DNA of 64,000 bases from Candidatus Hydrogenedentota bacterium (GCA_035416745.1 DAOLNV010000004.1:2138-66137), one strand, 5' to 3'. Counted from the first letter of the stretch, positions 47,566 to 57,873 are shown. The notes: generated by a model from the letters alone, not told the origin. Numbers and translations are program-made.

Positions 47566-50040
47566 ATGCGCATCTCCGCCTGTCTGCCTCTTTTCACACT
47601 AGTGTTCGTGTTGCCGTCGTTCGCCGAGCCGGTCCGGTTCGCCGAGGGGCAGGAATCCGCCGTCACTATCGTTGTCGAGCCCGACGCCGGCGAGCTCGTT
47701 TCCGGCGCGGCAAACGACCTGCAATACTACGTGAAGGCCATCTGCGGGGTAGAAGTGCCGCTCACGGCCAGCGGCGCGGCCGTTGAGGGTAAGGCGGTCT
47801 ATATCGGCGCATGCGCGGCGACGCCTCCCGAAGCGTATCCGCCGAAAGACGCGAATCCCGAGACGTACGCCATATTCGCGCGTGACGGGAATCTCTTTCT
47901 GACCGGTAATTACCCTCCCGCCACGAGCTTTGCCGTATCGTCATTCATCGAGGACAACCTCGGGGTCCGGTGGTATGCCCCCGGCCCTCTCTGGGAATAT
48001 GTGCCGGAGGGCCGCGAGGGGGAACTGACCATCGAGGTTGAGAGCCGTGTTGTCGTACCCGATTGGTCGTGCCGCGTGTGGTCCGGCCACGACTGCGCCG
48101 CATCTTGGAGCCTCTGGAACCGGCGCAACAAGACTATTTGTGCGCCCCCCGTGCCGTTCCGCAACATGCAGAACTACCTTCACACCGTTTTTGACCCCAG
48201 GAAATACGCCGAAACGCACCCCGAATACTACCCTCTGATTGACGGAAAGCGCTGGATTCCGCCCGAAGATTACCGGAACTGGCGTCCGTGCGAGAGCAAT
48301 CCCGAGGTGGTCCGGCTCACCGTCGAGGCCGCCCGGGAATTCCTCGATGCCCATCCCGAGCACAACGCGTTCTCGCTCGCCATGGACGACATCTACCGGC
48401 TGTGCGGATGCGAGAACTGCCGGGCCATGGACGCGCGTCCCGATGACTACGAAAACCAGCGCTTCTCTGACCGTCACTACAAGTTCGTCAATGCCGTTGC
48501 CCGGGAACTTGCCAAGACGCATCCAGACAAGTATATCGGCACGCTTTGTTACCACATCGCGCGCGAGCTTCCGGAAACCGTCGAACAGCTCGAACCCAAC
48601 GTCTTTATCAGCATGACCCAGCGCGTGGGCGAATGGTGGCGGCCCGGTCAGCGCGAGGACGACATGGCCCTCACGCGGGCATGGCGCGAACGGTGCCAGC
48701 ACATGAGCCGCTATGGCTACATCGGCTTGGGATTCCTGACCCCGCGCGTCTTTCCCCATGCGATGGCCGAGGGAATGAAGCTCGACCATAGCCTCGGGTT
48801 CGAAGCCGTCTATAACGAGTGCTACACGATCCTGCCCAACGTGGCGCCCATGATGTGGATGATGGCCAAGCTCCAGTGGGATACCGAGCAGGACCCCGAC
48901 GCCCTGCTCGACGAGTTCTACAACCGCATGTTCGGGGACGCCGCCGCCACCATGAAAACCTGCTACGGCGCCCTCGAACAGTCGTACATGGAAGCGCGGC
49001 CCGAACGTCTCGAGCTCGCCCGGTGGGGACACCGCCACCTTGTTACGCATTCGCTGGCCATTTCCGAAGACGCCCTAGGGCAGGCCGAATCGCTCATTCA
49101 ACAAGCTGTCGCCGAAACCAGCGACCCCTCGGCACGTTCGAGGATCGACATTGTGGGCGCGTCCCTTCAATACGCCGGCTACATCGTCCGCGCCGGCGCA
49201 TGGGCCAGAGAGATGGCCGGCACGGAAGTCGGGAATGCCGTGCAAGCGCAGGCCGTGTTGGACCGGCTCGACCGTCTCATGGCACTCAGCCGTGAACGCG
49301 AGGCGTTTGGGGCCGCCGCCCTCCAACGCGACGACATACTCGGGGAAAGCCTCCGCGGCCTGAAACAGCGTGGCTATTTCGTCATTAACCAGATAGACCA
49401 GGTGGAAGCCCCCGCCAGGGTCTCGCTCGGAAAGGCAATCTCCACTCTTTACGAAGACTCTCCCGAAGCCGCGGCGGCTGCGGTGGAACGGCTCACGGCG
49501 AACGGGCCCGGTCCTTTGGCGGAACAGGCCGCCGGGTGGCTCATCGAGCTTCGCGGCGAGGCGCCGAATCTCCTCAAGAACGGCGGTTTCGAGGAATGGG
49601 CCGAGTCTCCTCGGCATTGGTCGACGTGGAGCAGAACCGAATCGGCCCGGTTTGCCAAAGGCGTTGAAAAAGGCCGTAACGGTTCGAGTGCCGCTGTCAT
49701 CGCCCATGCCGATGGCGCGTGCTATATGCAGCAGGTGACGGTCCACCCCGGCGAGAAATACCTCTGTGCTGTCTGGGCTTCGTGCGGCATGCAGGATGCG
49801 GCCACGGCCGCCGCGCTAAGCGTCCGGTGGCAAACCGCGGACGGCGCCTGGCATCCCGAACGCGAGCGCGAGCCCAAGACCGAGGTGACCATCCCGAGCG
49901 GGCGGTGGGAGCGTTTGAGCCTGATCGCAACCGTGCCCGACGGGGCTGCCCGGCTGCTCCTCATGCTCGGGGCCGAAGGTCAAGCCGGAGAAGAAGCCGT
50001 GGTCTACGACGATGCGGCCGTCGTGAAGCTATCCGAGTAG
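47566..50040 (+). CDS. Secreted DUF4838-like protein with C-terminal CBM4_9-like jelly-roll domain
   Basis: ATG at 47566 after GGAAGGGAG, with a signal peptide. TSFAVSSFIEDNLGVRWYAPGPLWEYVP is typical of DUF4838. The C-terminal NLLKNGGFEEW...WS motif is CBM-like. Confidence 0.55.
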   Translation: MRISACLPLFTLVFVLPSFAEPVRFAEGQESAVTIVVEPDAGELVSGAANDLQYYVKAICGVEVPLTASGAAVEGKAVYIGACAATPPEAYPPKDANPETYAIFARDGNLFLTGNYPPATSFAVSSFIEDNLGVRWYAPGPLWEYVPEGREGELTIEVESRVVVPDWSCRVWSGHDCAASWSLWNRRNKTICAPPVPFRNMQNYLHTVFDPRKYAETHPEYYPLIDGKRWIPPEDYRNWRPCESNPEVVRLTVEAAREFLDAHPEHNAFSLAMDDIYRLCGCENCRAMDARPDDYENQRFSDRHYKFVNAVARELAKTHPDKYIGTLCYHIARELPETVEQLEPNVFISMTQRVGEWWRPGQREDDMALTRAWRERCQHMSRYGYIGLGFLTPRVFPHAMAEGMKLDHSLGFEAVYNECYTILPNVAPMMWMMAKLQWDTEQDPDALLDEFYNRMFGDAAATMKTCYGALEQSYMEARPERLELARWGHRHLVTHSLAISEDALGQAESLIQQAVAETSDPSARSRIDIVGASLQYAGYIVRAGAWAREMAGTEVGNAVQAQAVLDRLDRLMALSREREAFGAAALQRDDILGESLRGLKQRGYFVINQIDQVEAPARVSLGKAISTLYEDSPEAAAAAVERLTANGPGPLAEQAAGWLIELRGEAPNLLKNGGFEEWAESPRHWSTWSRTESARFAKGVEKGRNGSSAAVIAHADGACYMQQVTVHPGEKYLCAVWASCGMQDAATAAALSVRWQTADGAWHPEREREPKTEVTIPSGRWERLSLIATVPDGAARLLLMLGAEGQAGEEAVVYDDAAVVKLSE

Positions 50041-50152
50041 CGCACGGCCGGGGGAACGCCACTTCTTCACCGCCCTTGCTCCGCCAGCCCGGGGGGATGC
50101 CCGCCCGCTTCCCGAGAACCCATCCGTCTTCTCGCTTTCCCCGCGAACAAGA

Positions 50153-50186
50153 ACGGCCCCCGCGAAACGTGATCCGCGGGGGCCGT
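50153..50186. terminator. Candidate bidirectional terminator hairpin between convergent genes
   Basis: Perfect 12-bp stem ACGGCCCCCGCG / CGCGGGGGCCGT with a 10-nt loop and no strong U-tract. Confidence 0.4.
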
Positions 50187-50224
50187 AAGCTAGTCTTACC
50201 GGTTATCCGGTCATGTGACACGCA

Positions 50225-51814
50225 TTAGAACTGGATGCGGGTCTCAACATACAGATAATCGGCATCTTCGTCGCCGGTACCGCCGGAGAAGCCCAGGCCG
50301 TTAAGGAGAACGTACTGGCCTTCCGTGGCGCCGTCGTCGGTGAACAAGTGAGCCCAACCGGCCTCGAAAACCAGGTCTTCACTGTAGTGGTAGGTCGCAT
50401 ACAGCGCAGCCTCGATCCCGAGCGGGGTGTCGTTCTCCATCGTCCAGAAGCTGAACGGTCCAGCAATCGGAATCCGGTAGCCGAACAGGTTGATATGGGC
50501 CGGGGCATCGAACGCCTCGAGGGAGTCGAAATAGCTCACGACAAGCCGGAGCTCGAGACTCTCGGTCGGCATTGCCTCCACGCCGCCGCGCACCAGCCAC
50601 GAATTCGACAGGGTGGTGTCGTCCAGGAACTGACTGTATTCCCAGTTCGAGAACAGGCGGTTGAAGCTCACGCTGGCTTCGGGACTGTCGAAGGGGCTGA
50701 GCCATTCCCAGAAGGAGATGTCGCGGTTGTCTTCGCCATCGAAGTAAGCGGCACCAAGCCAGACGCGGGGTTGCCACGCCATGTCAAAGGTGTACCCAAC
50801 TTCGAGGTTTCCAGCCCATGCCTGGAAATCGGCGTCGTCATCGCCGTAGAAGAACGGGCGGAACAGGAAGCCGACCTGGTCGGCATCGCCAAACTGGTAA
50901 GCGAATTCAGCTTCGAAATCAAAGGCGCCGATGGTGCCAGCTCCGCGGAGGCCAACGGTGTGCAGATTGGTCGGATCGTAGTCGTCAAGACTGAAGACGT
51001 CTTCGATCCACTCGCCGAACCACCCAAGGTTCGTGTCGCTCAGTCTCCTGGCATCGCGCACCCACAGCCAGTAGGCATCGATCACGATGTCTTCCAGGCC
51101 CAGGTAGCTGCCGTACAAGCCATACAGCCAAACGTCTTCGTCTTCTTCAAACGGACCGCCTTCGGCCAATTCCGCCGCGAACAAATCCACCGAGAACATG
51201 TCGGTGGCGTACGTCAGGCGGGCTGCGTCAAAGGACAGACCCGTGAAGAACGAGGAGGTGTCGTTCACACCAACCAGCCATTCGCTGCCAAGGGCAATTT
51301 CCTGGCGGCCAACACGAAGCCGAAGGGGCAGTCCGAACATCTCGTTCGCCTCGATGTAGGACTGGTAGACTTCGACGTCGTCATCGGTCGGGGTGATAAA
51401 GTCACCGCCGGTGATGTAGTTGGAGCGGAAATCTTCACCCCACCAGCCGTATTCACCCCACCAGCCGTAGGAGTCGAACTCGATGAACGCGCCGACTTCA
51501 TTCGAGAAGTCCGCCTTCACGTTCAAGCGGGTCCGCTGCTCGACAAAGTCCAGCGAGTTTTCTTTGTCGTCCCAACCGAACAGCCCGACAACGCCGGGGA
51601 AGTTGAAGTTTTCGCCCGTACCAATGGAGCGGCTAGACAAGTAAGCAGCCGGCCACTGCAAATCCGGACGGTTGATCCCCGTCTGCAAGTTCGTATAGTA
51701 GTTACCGCGGATACGAATTTGCCCGCCAACGATAACATTCTGCAGCTCGGCGAGGGCCGGCGTTGCCGCCAACACCACTACGGCTGCAAGCAAAATAAAC
51801 ATGGATTTACGCAT
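50225..51814 (-). CDS. Outer-membrane beta-barrel porin (alginate-export-like)
   Basis: Signal peptide MRKSMFILLAAVVVLAATPALA. GGQIRIRGNYY, aromatic-girdle-rich alternating strands, and a C-terminal YVETRIQF (terminal Phe). Confidence 0.6.
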   Translation of the reverse strand: MRKSMFILLAAVVVLAATPALAELQNVIVGGQIRIRGNYYTNLQTGINRPDLQWPAAYLSSRSIGTGENFNFPGVVGLFGWDDKENSLDFVEQRTRLNVKADFSNEVGAFIEFDSYGWWGEYGWWGEDFRSNYITGGDFITPTDDDVEVYQSYIEANEMFGLPLRLRVGRQEIALGSEWLVGVNDTSSFFTGLSFDAARLTYATDMFSVDLFAAELAEGGPFEEDEDVWLYGLYGSYLGLEDIVIDAYWLWVRDARRLSDTNLGWFGEWIEDVFSLDDYDPTNLHTVGLRGAGTIGAFDFEAEFAYQFGDADQVGFLFRPFFYGDDDADFQAWAGNLEVGYTFDMAWQPRVWLGAAYFDGEDNRDISFWEWLSPFDSPEASVSFNRLFSNWEYSQFLDDTTLSNSWLVRGGVEAMPTESLELRLVVSYFDSLEAFDAPAHINLFGYRIPIAGPFSFWTMENDTPLGIEAALYATYHYSEDLVFEAGWAHLFTDDGATEGQYVLLNGLGFSGGTGDEDADYLYVETRIQF

Positions 51815-52139
51815 CGTGCGTTTTCTCCCTTAGATTTATACATATCCAGACCATCGCGAAGATTACACTATGCTCTTCGCCCGGGTTCTGACGTTTCTCC
51901 CTATATCTATTACGCACATCGATGCTTGACGGCCTCGGAGCAGTCTTTCTCTAGACTTGTCCATCCCTCCTTTCGGCTCCCAAGTGAGGTCGTCAATGAT
52001 GGTTTTTTCCATCATCTAAACGTATTTCGAGGAAACAGCTCGCTCGGGCGACATGGTTTGTCAACCCAATACGAGCAAAACTCCCCAGTTACCGGGTCTC
52101 AGTTTATCACACTTGTCAGGCTACGTCAACTAACCATAT

Positions 52140-52177
52140 TGACATTTTTTACGTTTGATTTATTCGCGGAAATGTCA
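52140..52177. promoter_or_regulatory. 8-bp inverted repeat flanking a candidate promoter upstream of the TTT transporter
   Basis: TGACATTT (52140-52147) and AAATGTCA (52170-52177). They enclose TTGACA (52139-52144), 16 nt, TATTCG (52161-52166). Confidence 0.3.
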
Positions 52178-52493
52178 CGTTCCTTTTCTGCTAAAAATGT
52201 GCATTATGCGCTTTAATGGAATTCCCCTTGCGACACTGAGGAGGCGTTATGCCATGGACAGCGTTCATGAACTCAAGTTCAGGTTTACGAGGAGAAAGGG
52301 AAGGTCTCTCACCGGATTCCGCTGAACATAACGCACACCCCCAGTTTGGCGGCTTCCGTATCAGGTGTCCGGCGCTGGACCCCCGGGGGAAACGTCCGTT
52401 ATGCTTGGTGTCCGAGGCCTGGACTTTCAAAGGGTATCCGTTGCCGGCGAGGTGCCTTGATGCCCAGGCAACAAATCCGGTCCTGGGGGATTC

Positions 52494-53816
52494 GTGAAGA
52501 ATACTGGTCATATTATTGCCGCTCTAGTGCTGGCAGTCATTACAGGGTGCGCGCGCACGGCGCAATATCCCAACCAGCCGCTGGTGCTGATTTGTCCGTG
52601 GTCAGCGGGGGGCGGCACGGACCGGGTGGCGCGTCAAGTGGCCGCGCAACTGGAAACCGGGCTGGGCGTGCCGGTCAACGTGGTCAATGCTACGGGCGGC
52701 GGGGGCGTAACCGGTCATACACGCGGCGCGCTGGCCCGCCCCAACGGGTACACGTTTACGCTCGTGACGGCCGAGTTGAACATGCTGCACTGGCGCGGTC
52801 TCACCAACATCTCGTGCAGGGACTACGCGCCCCTGATGCTCATCAACCGCGACGATGCGGCCCTGTTCGTGCGCAAAGACGCCCCCTGGAATTCCTTGCA
52901 GGCTTTGGAGACGGCCGTTCGCGATGCGCCGGAAACCCTGAAAGCCTCGGGGACGGCGTACGGTGGCATCTGGCACGTGGCGCTCGCGGGATGGTTGACG
53001 ACCATCGGCCTGTCCCCGGGCGCGGTCACGTGGATCTCGATCAACGGTTCGGCCCCTTCCCTGCAGGAGCTCATGGCAGGCGGCATCGATGCGGTCTGCT
53101 GCAGCCTGCCGGAAGCCCAGGCCCTGCTCGACGCCGGAGAGGTCCGGTGCCTGGGCCTGATGTCCGATCAACGCCTGCCCGCGTTCCCCGGCGTGCCCAC
53201 ATTCCCGGAGATGGGCGTTAATTGGACCATGGGGACGTGGCGGGGACTTGCCCTGCCGAGAGGCGTGCCGGAGGCTCGGCGGGAAACCCTGCTGGCTGCG
53301 ATCCGCGCCGTTGTCGAGAGCGACGAGTACCATCAGTTCATGAGACAGGCGGGCTTCAACCCGGCAGCGCTTGGTCCCGAGCCGTTCACGGAGTTTCTGG
53401 CGCAAAACGATGCCCAGATGGGGGCGATCCTCTCCAGTGAGGCATTCAAAGGCGTGGAATCGCCGCCCGTAGGCCCGATGGCGTTTCCCTGGCTGGCGGG
53501 CGTCTTGCTGCTGGCCAACTTCCTGGCGTTGGCCTTAACGGGGAAGTTCCGCAGACCCCCGGGCCAGGAGCCTGTCACAAAGGCCGGGGCCGCGCGCATC
53601 GTCCTGGTGGTTGCCGCGGTGCTGACATACATACTGCTCGCCGAACGGCTGGGTTTCGTGCTCGCCATGGCGCTCGTTGTGTTTGTGCTGCTGTGGCGTT
53701 TCCGCATGCGCTGGCCCCTCGCGGCACTGGTCTCCGCCCTTGTGGTGCTGGCCGTGTATCAAATCTTCGCCGGATACCTCGGGGTGCCGCTGCCGCGCGG
53801 ATTCTGGGGAGGGTGA
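52494..53816 (+). CDS. Fused tripartite tricarboxylate transporter substrate-binding protein (TctC/Bug) and TctB-like membrane domain
   Basis: Lipoprotein-type signal LVLAVITGC. TctC block PWSAGGGTDRVARQVAAQLETGLGVPVNVVNATGGGGVTG. The last ~125 aa form four hydrophobic helices resembling TctB, in a single ORF of 440 aa. Confidence 0.7.
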   Translation: MKNTGHIIAALVLAVITGCARTAQYPNQPLVLICPWSAGGGTDRVARQVAAQLETGLGVPVNVVNATGGGGVTGHTRGALARPNGYTFTLVTAELNMLHWRGLTNISCRDYAPLMLINRDDAALFVRKDAPWNSLQALETAVRDAPETLKASGTAYGGIWHVALAGWLTTIGLSPGAVTWISINGSAPSLQELMAGGIDAVCCSLPEAQALLDAGEVRCLGLMSDQRLPAFPGVPTFPEMGVNWTMGTWRGLALPRGVPEARRETLLAAIRAVVESDEYHQFMRQAGFNPAALGPEPFTEFLAQNDAQMGAILSSEAFKGVESPPVGPMAFPWLAGVLLLANFLALALTGKFRRPPGQEPVTKAGAARIVLVVAAVLTYILLAERLGFVLAMALVVFVLLWRFRMRWPLAALVSALVVLAVYQIFAGYLGVPLPRGFWGG

Positions 53817-53817
53817 C

Positions 53818-55329
53818 GTGGCCGAAGCGATGATCCAGGCATTGGAGCAGACCGTCGCGAACCCGCGCGTGTGGTTCGTGGTGCTCTGCGCCGCCGGCTA
53901 CGGCGTGTTCGTCGGGGCGGTACCGGGCTTGACGGCGACCATGGCCGTGGCGCTGTTCGTCCCGATTGCTTATTGGCTCGATCCGGTCCCCGCGCTGGCG
54001 GCTATCGTGACCATGGAAGCCTGCGCCATATTTGCGGGCGATATTCCCAACACCCTCCTTCGCATCCCGGGCACGCCCGCGTCAGCCGCCTACGCGGATG
54101 ACGCTTACTCGTTCATGAAGCGCGGACAGCCCGGGCGGCCGCTGGGCGTCTGCCTGGTGTTCAGCGTCGCGGGAGGCCTGTTCGGAGCGCTGGTGCTGAT
54201 CTTGTCGGGCCGCCAGCTCGCCCGGGTCGCCACGATGTTCAGCGTGACCGAGTATTTCTGGCTGTACCTTCTTGGGCTGAGTTGCGCGGTGCTGGTCTCG
54301 CGGGGTTCCATCGCAAAAGCCACCTTCGCCCTGCTCCTGGGCCTGATGCTGTCCACGGTGGGGCTAAGCGCTGCCCACGCCCAGGCGCGCTTCACTTTCG
54401 GGCGGCCCGAACTGTTCCAGGGCATCACATTCATCCCCGCGATGATCGGCCTTTTCGGATTCTCCGAAATCCTGCGCAACATGCTCACCCTGGGCAATGC
54501 GGAGGACGGCGGCGCCGCTCATGCCAAACCAGCCGCGGGTTCCGGGGCGCTCATCGTTCCCGCGCTCCGCCTGTTGTGGCGCCGCAAGCTCCCGTTCGCG
54601 CGCTCGGGATGCATCGGCGCGCTCGTCGGCATGTTGCCCGGCGCAGGGGCCGATATCGCCGCATGGGTCTCGTTTGCCGCATCGAAACGCACCGGCCGGC
54701 AACCCGGCAATGATAGCGAGCGTGCACTCGCGGGCGTTGGCGATGGCAGCACGGCAAACTCGGCGGCCTTAGGGGGCACCTGGATCCCCGCGCTTGTTTT
54801 CGGCATCCCCGGCGACTCGATCACTGCCATCGTCATCGGCGTGTTGCTGATGAAGAATGTGCGGCCAGGACCCGAAATTTTCGAGAAACAGGCCGTCCTC
54901 GTGTACAGCATCTATCTTATGTTTATCCTGGCGAATCTGGTGCTCATCCCGGTGGGCCTGTTGGCGATCAAAGCGGGCAGCTGCGTGGTGCGCGTGCCCC
55001 GGCGCATTCTGCTGCCGCTCATTTTGCTGTTCTGTGTTGTCGGCGCTTATGCCGTGAACGGAAGCTACTTCGACATAGCCGTCATGCTGGCCATGGGCAT
55101 CCTGGGCTTCTTGCTCGAACGCCGGGAAGTGCCCATCGGGCCCGTCGTCCTTGGGATTATCCTGGGCGGCCCTCTCGAAGAACGTTTCGTCCAGGCCCTC
55201 AGCGGTTCCGATGGCGTGGTCAGCGCCCTCTTCGGCCGCCCTTTGGCGGCGGGACTCGGCATCCTGTGCCTGGCAATCTGGGGAGCGCTCCTGGCGGTCA
55301 ATCTCAGGCGGCATGAGAGCGCCGAGTAG
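53818..55329 (+). CDS. tctA: Tripartite tricarboxylate transporter permease TctA
   Basis: GTG at 53818 lies 1 nt after the TctC-B stop, following GGGGAGGG (ATG 53830 is an alternative). Polytopic, with GAVPGLTATMAVALFVP, RIPGTPASAAY and GMLPGAGADIAAW motifs. Confidence 0.85.
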   Translation: MAEAMIQALEQTVANPRVWFVVLCAAGYGVFVGAVPGLTATMAVALFVPIAYWLDPVPALAAIVTMEACAIFAGDIPNTLLRIPGTPASAAYADDAYSFMKRGQPGRPLGVCLVFSVAGGLFGALVLILSGRQLARVATMFSVTEYFWLYLLGLSCAVLVSRGSIAKATFALLLGLMLSTVGLSAAHAQARFTFGRPELFQGITFIPAMIGLFGFSEILRNMLTLGNAEDGGAAHAKPAAGSGALIVPALRLLWRRKLPFARSGCIGALVGMLPGAGADIAAWVSFAASKRTGRQPGNDSERALAGVGDGSTANSAALGGTWIPALVFGIPGDSITAIVIGVLLMKNVRPGPEIFEKQAVLVYSIYLMFILANLVLIPVGLLAIKAGSCVVRVPRRILLPLILLFCVVGAYAVNGSYFDIAVMLAMGILGFLLERREVPIGPVVLGIILGGPLEERFVQALSGSDGVVSALFGRPLAAGLGILCLAIWGALLAVNLRRHESAE

Positions 55330-55534
55330 CCCACGCCCAGGACTTTTGGCCAAGGGGTGAAGCGACGCAACGAAAAGTCGCATACGCCCCATGAGCCGTA
55401 TCTCTCAGGCAAAACCGAACACCATCTTTGCCCGGCAAGGAACAATCTGCCTCCGGAAATCCCCGTCTGACATTGACTCCTGCCCCCGCGCGTCGTAGTG
55501 TGTAATGCACGCCGCGAGACTCAGAGGGTGGGCC

Positions 55535-57823
55535 ATGTACAGTATTATTTTCGCGTTTTGTGTGTTCGGGGCAGCGGAGGCCGGACCGCTGCCGGCGCTT
55601 CCCGGGACGTCGCCGCTCGAGGAATCCGCGGACTTTGCCGCAACCATGGTCACGGGCATCGATCAGTGGCTGATGCGGGCCATCGAAGCGTCTATCGAGG
55701 GACGGCAGGCGCGGTGGCGCCGCGATTTCGCTTCGCATGCCGCTTACGCCGGGTCCATCGCGCCCAACCGCGCTCATTTCGCTGGGGTCATCGGTCTGAA
55801 AGACGCCCGCGTCGCTCCCTGTATGGAATTGCTCGCGTCGCCCGGGCAGCCGCCGCTGCTCGCCCGGGGCGAGTCCTGCGAAGTGCATGCCGTGCGCTGG
55901 TCCGTGCTCGAGGGTGTACGTGGCGAAGGGTTGTTGTTGCGGCCCGGGGGAACGCCCAGGGCGTTCATGGTGGCCCTGGGGGACTGCGCATGGACGCCGG
56001 AGATGCTGGCTGGCCTCACCGATGAGTTGCCTGCGGAGGCCCAGTACGCCAGGCGTCTGGGCGAGAGCGGGTGCATGGTCGTGATTCCCGCGCTGCTCGA
56101 CCGGCAATGCACGTTTTCGGGAAGACCCGGCGTCCGCATGACCAACCTGCCCCACCGCGAGTTCGTCTATCGCGCCGCATACGAAATGGGCCGGCACGTC
56201 ATCGGCTACGATGTGCAGACGATATCGGCCGTCGTGGACTGGTTCCGCACCCAGGGCGACGCGCCCATCGGCATCATTGGCGCCGGCGAGGGCGGACTGC
56301 TCGCCCTGTACGCCGCTGCTGTGGACACGCGTATCGGAGCGGCCGCGGTATCGGGTTATTTCGGCCCCCGCCAGCGCGTCTGGGAGGAACCCATCTACCG
56401 CAATGTCTGGGCGCTGCTCGACGAGTTTGGGGACGCCGAAATCGCTTCGTTGGTCGCGCCGAGGGCCCTTATTGTCGAAGCGGCGCCGTGCGTCACGGTG
56501 GATGGCCCGCCACCGCCGGCCGGCGGCCGCAACGACGCGGCGCCGGGCCGCATCCGCACGCCGGCTCTTGAAGACGTGGAGCGTGAAGCCGCCCGGGCTC
56601 GCGCGCTGCTCGCCGGACTGACCCCGCCCGCCGAGTTCGCGTTTGTAAACGCTATGGAGGGCCATGCTGGAAGCGACGAGACGTTGCGGCGGCTCATGAG
56701 CGCGCTGAACGCCGGCGCCGCGCTGGCATCATCGGGAACAACGCCCGTTCTGGCCCGCGAATTGCCGGACGCCGAGGCCCGGATGAAACGGCGGTTCGAC
56801 CAGCTCGTTGAGCATACGCAGCGCGTGATGCGTGAAGCGCCGTTCGCCCGAGAGAGATTCTGGTCGAAGGCCGACAGAGCGTCCGCCGAGGCGTGGCAAC
56901 AAAGCACGGCATGGTACCGCGACTACTTCTGGGAAGAGGTTATCGGCAAGCTGCCTCCCGCGACGGTTCCCACTAATCCCCGCACACGGTTAATCTTCGA
57001 CGAGCCTCAGTATTATGGCTACGAGGTGAAACTCGACGTCTATCCCGACGTTTTCGCCTACGGGCTTCTGCTTCTCCCCAAGGATGTGAAGAAAGGCGAG
57101 CGCAGACCCGTGGTGGTATGCCAGCACGGCCTCGAGGGCACGCCTGCGAAGTGCGCGGACCCCAGGGTCCAGGAACCCGCTTACAACCAGTACGCATGCC
57201 GGCTGGCGGAGAGAGGGTTCGTGGTGTACGCGCCGCAAAATCCCTACATTGGGGGCGACGCCTTCCGCGTGCTCCAGCGCAAGGCTAATCCGCTGAAACT
57301 GTCGCTGTTCTCGTTCATCGTGCGCCAGCACGAACGCACTCTCGAGTGGTTGGCCTCCCAACCGTTCGCGGATCCCGCCCGCATCGGTTTCTACGGCATC
57401 TCATACGGCGGGAAGACGGCCATGCGCGTGCCGGCGCTGCTCCCGAATTACTGCCTGTCGATCTGCTCGGCGGATTACAACGAATGGATCTGGAAAAACG
57501 TCTCGGTGGCATACCCCTTCACCTACCTTTACACCGGCGAATACGAAATGCCCGAGTTCGATCTGGGCGATACATTCAACTACGCCGAAATGAGCTGGCT
57601 GATTCTCCCGCGCCCGTTCATGGTCGAGCGCGGCCACGGAGACGCCGTCTCCATCGACGAATGGGTGGCTTACGAATACGCCCGCACACGCCGCCAGTAC
57701 GACGCTCTGGGCCTTGGCGACTGTACCGAAATCGAGTACTTTAATGGTCCCCACGCCATTCACGGGGTGGGCACGTTTCAGTTTCTTCACGACAAGCTCA
57801 ACTGGCCGGCGCCGGGGGAGTAA
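55535..57823 (+). CDS. Tandem alpha/beta-hydrolase (dienelactone hydrolase / acetyl esterase-like) secreted protein
   Basis: ATG at 55535 after AGAGGGTGG, with a signal peptide. The C-terminal half has nucleophile elbow GISYGG and HGD. The N-terminal half is a similar fold, with GAGEGG in the equivalent position. Confidence 0.6.
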   Translation: MYSIIFAFCVFGAAEAGPLPALPGTSPLEESADFAATMVTGIDQWLMRAIEASIEGRQARWRRDFASHAAYAGSIAPNRAHFAGVIGLKDARVAPCMELLASPGQPPLLARGESCEVHAVRWSVLEGVRGEGLLLRPGGTPRAFMVALGDCAWTPEMLAGLTDELPAEAQYARRLGESGCMVVIPALLDRQCTFSGRPGVRMTNLPHREFVYRAAYEMGRHVIGYDVQTISAVVDWFRTQGDAPIGIIGAGEGGLLALYAAAVDTRIGAAAVSGYFGPRQRVWEEPIYRNVWALLDEFGDAEIASLVAPRALIVEAAPCVTVDGPPPPAGGRNDAAPGRIRTPALEDVEREAARARALLAGLTPPAEFAFVNAMEGHAGSDETLRRLMSALNAGAALASSGTTPVLARELPDAEARMKRRFDQLVEHTQRVMREAPFARERFWSKADRASAEAWQQSTAWYRDYFWEEVIGKLPPATVPTNPRTRLIFDEPQYYGYEVKLDVYPDVFAYGLLLLPKDVKKGERRPVVVCQHGLEGTPAKCADPRVQEPAYNQYACRLAERGFVVYAPQNPYIGGDAFRVLQRKANPLKLSLFSFIVRQHERTLEWLASQPFADPARIGFYGISYGGKTAMRVPALLPNYCLSICSADYNEWIWKNVSVAYPFTYLYTGEYEMPEFDLGDTFNYAEMSWLILPRPFMVERGHGDAVSIDEWVAYEYARTRRQYDALGLGDCTEIEYFNGPHAIHGVGTFQFLHDKLNWPAPGE

Positions 57824-57873
57824 ATGTTGTTGGTGCGGTTTAAGCGCTCAACGTTCTGAAAAGGGGATGTGAG

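Noticed and set aside
53677-53817. N-terminal extension of the TctA ORF overlapping the TctC-TctB gene
   Set aside because: It is Cys/Trp-rich nonsense translated from the other frame of the TctB helices. A GTG with a GGGGAGGG SD lies right after the upstream stop.
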